Shown here: in pieces, positions 7,772 through 12,800 of the stretch
How positions within the stretch are numbered: position 1 is the stretch's first letter
Layout: each line of letters begins with the position of its first letter
Virus genome (UHGV): UHGV-0088363
Source of the DNA: a virus
DNA length: 12,800 bases
Strand: one strand, 5' to 3'
Made by a program: the position numbers and the translations under genes
The notes under the pieces: model-generated
What the model saw: the letters and a program-made list of their open reading frames with translations, nothing else
Database searches by the model: none
Told to the model about the DNA's origin: nothing

Positions 7772-8660
7772 CGTGTTCACCCTCACGAACTTTCAGGTAG
7801 GTATTATCGTTAAGCAGGAAATCAAATCCCTTTTTGTGCCAGACGGTTCCGCGTTGATGGTTTGGGCGTTCTTCGAACATCCATCGGCAATTTTCGCCTA
7901 CGTAGCTCAAATAATTTCTCCAGTCCTGCATCGTGAACCCATGCCCGTCAAGCTGGCGGGTTATCACTCCGGCTTTGCGCCAGAACGTTCGGATCTGGTT
8001 TTTACGCTTGTCATTCAGTGCGCGGATTCTTGGCGCTTCAGGAAGGATTTCGTGGTAAGCATCGACAACATCCTGACAGCTGACGGAAGGTTTTTTCTTG
8101 TCAGACTTTTTGTCTGCTGTGGCACTCTCTAATACGTCAGTATTAGAGATAATATTATTATATTCTTTATCTGTGGTAATTTGCTGGTAATCTGCTGGCA
8201 TAGTATTGCTTACAGGCATTGGTATTGCTGGCTTTGAGGTGGTAATTTGCTGGTAATCTGCTGGTACAGAATTTGACTGATAATCGTCATATTTCTCTAC
8301 CGAGAAAACTGAAAATTTACCGTGTGAAACCCAGTCAATCATGCCGAGTTTTTTGAACTTTCTAAGCAGGTACTGAACGCGATCTGGTTTGAGTCCTGTT
8401 TCAAACGCCAGAGAGTTTCTACCGCCAAGTAGCTTCCCTCTGCCTACCAGAATTTCTCCTGCGTCAGTCATTACATACTCAGGCGTATGCTTTGCTTTGA
8501 GGATTAAGTGAACCCACAGATGCGCTGCTTCTGCGTCCTTGTAAAACGGCACATCCATAATTTTACGGTGCAGCAAGGCATACCCCTTACCGCTGCTTTG
8601 ATGCGGTTGTTGTAGCCTTCTGGCCTCTCTGGCTTCGGCTAGATTAGATATGTTACTCAT
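7761..8660 (-). CDS. Replication initiation protein (O-like, iteron-containing), non-lambda allele
   Basis: 299-aa ORF directly upstream of and overlapping the helicase gene; contains the origin-like iterons, which encode a repeated PADYQQITT segment; RBS AAGGAGAAAGG. Not the lambda O sequence. Confidence 0.7.
   Translation of the reverse strand: MSNISNLAEAREARRLQQPHQSSGKGYALLHRKIMDVPFYKDAEAAHLWVHLILKAKHTPEYVMTDAGEILVGRGKLLGGRNSLAFETGLKPDRVQYLLRKFKKLGMIDWVSHGKFSVFSVEKYDDYQSNSVPADYQQITTSKPAIPMPVSNTMPADYQQITTDKEYNNIISNTDVLESATADKKSDKKKPSVSCQDVVDAYHEILPEAPRIRALNDKRKNQIRTFWRKAGVITRQLDGHGFTMQDWRNYLSYVGENCRWMFEERPNHQRGTVWHKKGFDFLLNDNTYLKVREGEHDDR
8129..8264. repeat. Putative replication origin: iterons plus adjacent AT-rich tract inside the O-like gene
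   Basis: Exact 26-bp direct repeat GTGGTAATTTGCTGGTAATCTGCTGG at 8173..8198 and 8239..8264, each made of two approx 12-bp GGTAAT(T/C)TGCTG units, with degenerate units between; AT-rich stretch at 8129..8170. Confidence 0.55.
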
Positions 8661-8799
8661 GACCTTTCTCCTTCTGCATCAGCTTCACTTTTTCCAACTC
8701 AGCCCGGAATCGACCAGGCTGCTTGAAGCTGGACAGGAAGCGATCACGTAGTATGTGTTTGTGAATTTTGTCCTGGTAAGGACTGAGTTGTTTTGTCAT
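8653..8799 (-). CDS. Small ORF (48 aa) between cII and the O-like gene; possible recombination-junction ORF
   Basis: Not in the six-frame track (under 60 aa). ATG preceded by ACAGGAGTCATT, which matches the lambda O ribosome-binding region as recalled; stop lies 5 nt past the O-like start. Confidence 0.35.
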   Translation of the reverse strand: MTKQLSPYQDKIHKHILRDRFLSSFKQPGRFRAELEKVKLMQKEKGHE

Positions 8800-8833
8800 A
8801 ATGACTCCTGTGGATTGATCCAGTCTTTCTACA

Positions 8834-9112
8834 TCAGGCCTCGAAGAATTCGCCGTTCTTCGGGGCTTTTTCTTTTGTCAGCATTCTGGCTACTTGCTTA
8901 GCCAGTTCCGCCAACTCCTCGTCTTCAACACCCCATTCCAGCACAGCCAGAAGCATGGCCATCTTTGGGATAAAGCTGTCTTTCCATCGCGAAATTTGCG
9001 ATTCATTAATCCCTAACGCGTCGGCAACCTTTCGCTGACCACGTACAGCAATTCGATTCAGGATGTTGCTTGTAATTGCATTCGCTTTCTTGCGAGTACT
9101 TGTAAGTTGCAT
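8834..9112 (-). CDS. cII: CII-family transcriptional activator (divergent allele)
   Basis: 92-aa product from the ATG with RBS AAGGAAAT; core SQISRWK...[15 protein letters not shown] matches the lambda CII core, N- and C-termini differ. The track's upstream extension lacks an RBS. Confidence 0.8.
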   Translation of the reverse strand: MQLTSTRKKANAITSNILNRIAVRGQRKVADALGINESQISRWKDSFIPKMAMLLAVLEWGVEDEELAELAKQVARMLTKEKAPKNGEFFEA

Positions 9113-9191
9113 ATGTAAGTATTTCCTTAGATAACAATTGATTGAATGTATGCAAATAAATGCATACACCATAGGTGTGGTTTAATTTGAT

Positions 9192-9223
9192 GCCCTTTTT
9201 CAGGGCTGGAATGTGTAAGAGCG
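9192..9223 (-). promoter_or_regulatory. nutR (boxA CGCTCTTA and boxB GCCCTGAAAAAGGGC)
   Basis: Minus strand reads CGCTCTTACACATTCCAGCCCTGAAAAAGGGC, matching lambda nutR as recalled. Confidence 0.85.
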
Positions 9224-9230
9224 GGGTTAT

Positions 9231-10245
<1,015 letters not shown>

Positions 10246-10331
10246 GTCCGCAGCAAGAGACTTTATACGCATCTAGATGTAGGAAATAAAAAAGAAGATC
10301 CCTACAATAAAAATAAGGAAATCATTAAGAT

Positions 10332-11237
10332 ATGTCGATTAACAGCAATAGCGAATCCCTGCATCAAATGCAGCTTTTCCCTGTAGTAGAGGTTGTTTCT
10401 GATGATATTCCTATGGGCGTTCTCAATGATGGAACTCCTTACCTAACTCTCTACGGTCTCGCAAAGTTATGCGGCATTGATGACACGCCACTGAGGGTGT
10501 TCACATCAAACTGGAACACAGAGAAAAACAAACCCAGAGGTCAAAAAGTAGCTGCGTATTTAGCTGAGAAAGGGTTTCATAACGTCGAAAAGCTATACAC
10601 TCGCGTTTTAAATAGCTCAAACGTGGAAACTCATGCTTATCCTGACTATGTTTGCATGGCTATCCTCCGTTACTACGCTCTAGATGCCACCAATTTTGAT
10701 AGGTCAGTCGCAATAGGTAATTTTGTTCGCTTGGCTGAGTACACGCTTAAGCGAATGATTTATGAAAAGTCAAATTACAACCCAAATGCTTCAATAGATA
10801 TCTCATTCGAGAACTATAGAGCAAGGATTAAGCTAAACGATCAGATACCGACAACTCATTTTGCAGTATTCAGAGAGATAGCTGACATTGCCATGAACCT
10901 GATCGGAGGAGGATTCCCAATGGATGACACCACATCTTTGGATGGAAGTGTTGGAATTCACTGGGGAAAGTATTGGACAGCTAATGGGCTATCTGAGAAA
11001 TTCGGGGAAAGGGTGCAGTACCCACATTTATTCCCCGAAAATTACAGGCAGTCAGCTGCAAATAAGCATATAACAGCTTGGATTTATCCTATTGAGGCAC
11101 TTGGCGTGTTCAGAAAATGGCTACACGATAATTACGCAATGGAAAAACTGCCAAATTACCTTGGGAACAAAAAGATTAGTAACGCCTCCGAGCTATTAGA
11201 GTCGATAAAAAAACCAGCACTCCCAAATAAGCATTGA
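10332..11237 (+). CDS. Unknown 301-aa protein in the position occupied by rexA-rexB in lambda; candidate lysogen-expressed exclusion/defense gene
   Basis: Uninterrupted ORF with RBS AAGGAAAT, co-directional with cI, followed by a terminator; AT-rich versus flanks; no similarity to RexA/RexB and no kinase or NTPase motifs visible by eye. Confidence 0.7.
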   Translation: MSINSNSESLHQMQLFPVVEVVSDDIPMGVLNDGTPYLTLYGLAKLCGIDDTPLRVFTSNWNTEKNKPRGQKVAAYLAEKGFHNVEKLYTRVLNSSNVETHAYPDYVCMAILRYYALDATNFDRSVAIGNFVRLAEYTLKRMIYEKSNYNPNASIDISFENYRARIKLNDQIPTTHFAVFREIADIAMNLIGGGFPMDDTTSLDGSVGIHWGKYWTANGLSEKFGERVQYPHLFPENYRQSAANKHITAWIYPIEALGVFRKWLHDNYAMEKLPNYLGNKKISNASELLESIKKPALPNKH

Positions 11238-11247
11238 TCTCCACCAC

Positions 11248-11276
11248 AACCCGGCATCTGCGCCGGGTTTTCTTTG
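11248..11276 (+). terminator. Rho-independent terminator ending the cI-moron transcription unit
   Basis: CCCGGC-ATCTGC-GCCGGG (6 to 8-bp stem) followed by TTTTCTTTG, 11 nt after the ORF stop. Confidence 0.6.
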
Positions 11277-11425
11277 CCTAACGCCCCCAAAAAACGCATA
11301 ACCAATTGTATTTATTTCAAAATTAATAGATACAACTCACTAAACATCGCAATTCAGATCTCTCGATCACCTTCCCAATCCACACAACCCTGCAAAAAAT
11401 AAATCTATATAAAAAACATACAGAT

Positions 11426-11495
11426 AACCATCTGCGGTGATAAATTATCTCTGGCGGTGTTGACATAAATACCACTGGCGGTGATACTAAGCACA
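11426..11495 (+). promoter_or_regulatory. Left operator region OL3-OL2-OL1 with promoter pL
   Basis: AACCATCTGCGGTGATA (11426..11442), TATCTCTGGCGGTGTTG (11446..11462), TACCACTGGCGGTGATA (11470..11486); -35 TTGACA at 11460..11465 and -10 GATACT at 11483..11488, as in lambda. Confidence 0.9.
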
Positions 11496-11526
11496 TCAGC
11501 AGGACGCACTGACCACCATGAAGGTG

Positions 11527-11558
11527 ATGATCTTAAAAATTAAGCCCTGAAGAAGGGT
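11527..11558 (+). promoter_or_regulatory. nutL (boxA-like TGATCTTAA and boxB GCCCTGAAGAAGGGT)
   Basis: Lambda-like nutL spacing and boxB loop; boxA and the last boxB base differ from the lambda sequence as I recall it. Confidence 0.7.
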
Positions 11559-11756
11559 AGCATTCAAAGCAGAAGGCTTTGGGATTGGATGAATGAGCAG
11601 GCTGATGCTCGACCAATGTATAAACAGCGCTCATGGCAAGCAGTAACCAATCTGCGCCTCAAGACAGCGTCACTGGTAGTGCGGGCGCTCTAACCAGTAA
11701 GCCGGGGTTCAGCGCCGGCCATCCAATCACCAAAGCTAACTGACAGGAGAATCCAG

Positions 11757-12083
11757 ATGGATGCACAAACACGCCGCCGCGAACGTCGCGCAGAGAAACA
11801 GGCTCAATGGAAAGCAGCAAATCCCCTGTTAGTTGGGGTAAGCGCAAAACCAGTTAACCGCCCTATTCTCTCGCTGAATCGCAAACCGAAATCACGAGTA
11901 GAAAGCGCACTGAATCCGATAGACCTTACGGTGCTGGCTGAATACCACGAACAGATTGAAAGCAACCTGCAGCGTATTGAGCGCAAGAATCAGCGCACAT
12001 GGTACAGCAAGCCACGCAGTGAAATGGGTGTGACTTGTGTTGGTCGCCAGAAAATGAAATTAGGCAGCAAACCACTTATTTGA
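11757..12083 (+). CDS. N: N antitermination protein
   Basis: 108-aa ORF MDAQTRRRERRAEKQAQWKAANPLLVGVSAKPVNRPILSLNRKPKSRVESALNPIDLTVLAEYH..., arginine-rich motif at the N-terminus; RBS ACAGGAGAATCCAG; the C-terminal approx 20 residues differ from lambda N as recalled. Confidence 0.95.
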   Translation: MDAQTRRRERRAEKQAQWKAANPLLVGVSAKPVNRPILSLNRKPKSRVESALNPIDLTVLAEYHEQIESNLQRIERKNQRTWYSKPRSEMGVTCVGRQKMKLGSKPLI

Positions 12084-12094
12084 GAGGAATTAAT

Positions 12095-12718
12095 ATGTCA
12101 TCAATCCGCTTAACTACGAGAATGAAAGAGGAAATCGCTCGTAACGCTTTAATTAAGTCTGGGTTTTTCACTGAACTTAAAGAAGTAACAAAGTTAAAGA
12201 ACCAGCTTGCACTTGACGCCAGAGTTATTGCGTTTGGCGGTAAAAAGAAAACTGAGGAAGTGGATCAGTTATCATCCAAGTTGGTAGCTATAAGTGAAGA
12301 ACTTGAAAAGATGGGATGTTCATTTTACTCATACGATGTTCGTTCTACTTCAATTTATCTGACTGTATCTGGCAGAAGGGTTGGATGGCATTCATATGGG
12401 AAAGACGGCAACGGCGAAGATATATTGCTCCCTACTCCGACCAAAGATAAATGCATGTTTAGCGCAGAACACGAAATAACAAAAAGGTTTGATGAAATCT
12501 GCGCATTGCAACAAAAACTTGAAGCCAAGAAAAAGGATATCGAATCAAATGTATGGGCTGCTTTGAACTCAGTCACAACAGTTAAGCGACTTATTGAAGT
12601 TTGGCCTGAAAGCAAAGAATTGCTACCAGAAGAAGCAGATAAAGCAAGTACAGCACTTCCTGCTTTACGGGTAGAAGATTTGAATAAGATGATTGGACTT
12701 CCTTCCGAGGCCGCATAG
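12095..12718 (+). CDS. Unknown 207-aa protein immediately downstream of N; candidate moron
   Basis: ATG 11 nt after the N stop with GAGGA inside the N 3' end; AT-rich; charged, coiled-coil-like sequence; followed by a hairpin and T-rich tract. The track's upstream extension (12035) overlaps N and is not used. Confidence 0.65.
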   Translation: MSSIRLTTRMKEEIARNALIKSGFFTELKEVTKLKNQLALDARVIAFGGKKKTEEVDQLSSKLVAISEELEKMGCSFYSYDVRSTSIYLTVSGRRVGWHSYGKDGNGEDILLPTPTKDKCMFSAEHEITKRFDEICALQQKLEAKKKDIESNVWAALNSVTTVKRLIEVWPESKELLPEEADKASTALPALRVEDLNKMIGLPSEAA

Positions 12719-12735
12719 TCGGCCTTTACTTTTGG
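12708..12735 (+). terminator. Possible rho-independent terminator after the 207-aa ORF
   Basis: AGGCCG-CATAGT-CGGCCT (6-bp stem, stop codon in the loop) followed by TTACTTTTGG; the T-run is interrupted. Confidence 0.4.
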
Positions 12736-12800
12736 CATAAACAACAGAATAAACACTGCACTGTGTATTCATTCCAACGAGTGAATACACGGAGCAATGT

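Noticed and set aside
7074-7800. Plus-strand ORFs of 75 to 123 aa
   Set aside because: Antisense to the DnaB-type helicase gene; Arg/Cys-rich low-complexity translations typical of antisense frames.
12035-12094. N-terminal extension of the 207-aa ORF (track start at 12035)
   Set aside because: The extension overlaps the 3' end of N in another frame; the ATG at 12095 has a ribosome-binding site and is the likelier start.
12355-12756. 133-aa minus-strand ORF
   Set aside because: Antisense to the 207-aa ORF; Ser-rich low-complexity translation with no start context.

Overview
This window is a contiguous segment of a mosaic lambdoid (lambda-family) phage or prophage, read here as the reverse complement of the conventional lambda map. 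All gene and family assignments rest on my reading of the translations and my recall of lambda sequences; no database search was run. On the minus strand, from high to low coordinates: cro, nutR, a divergent cII, a non-lambda replication module (O-like initiator with internal iterons, DnaB-type helicase), a nin region (ninB, ninE, ninF, ninG plus a Dam-type methyltransferase and unknown ORFs), a non-lambda Q antiterminator with its own pR'/tR', two tandem tRNA-like genes, and lambda-type S holin and the start of R endolysin. Three divergent HNH-AP2 homing-endonuclease genes are threaded into this rightward operon. On the plus strand: lambda-type cI with OR and OL/pL operators, nutL and N. The two positions I consider most likely to hold an undescribed function are AT-rich ORFs of unknown family: a 301-aa gene occupying the slot where lambda carries rexAB (10332..11237), and a 207-aa gene translationally coupled to the end of N (12095..12718). 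Both sit in classic moron or exclusion-gene slots, but their function is inference only.
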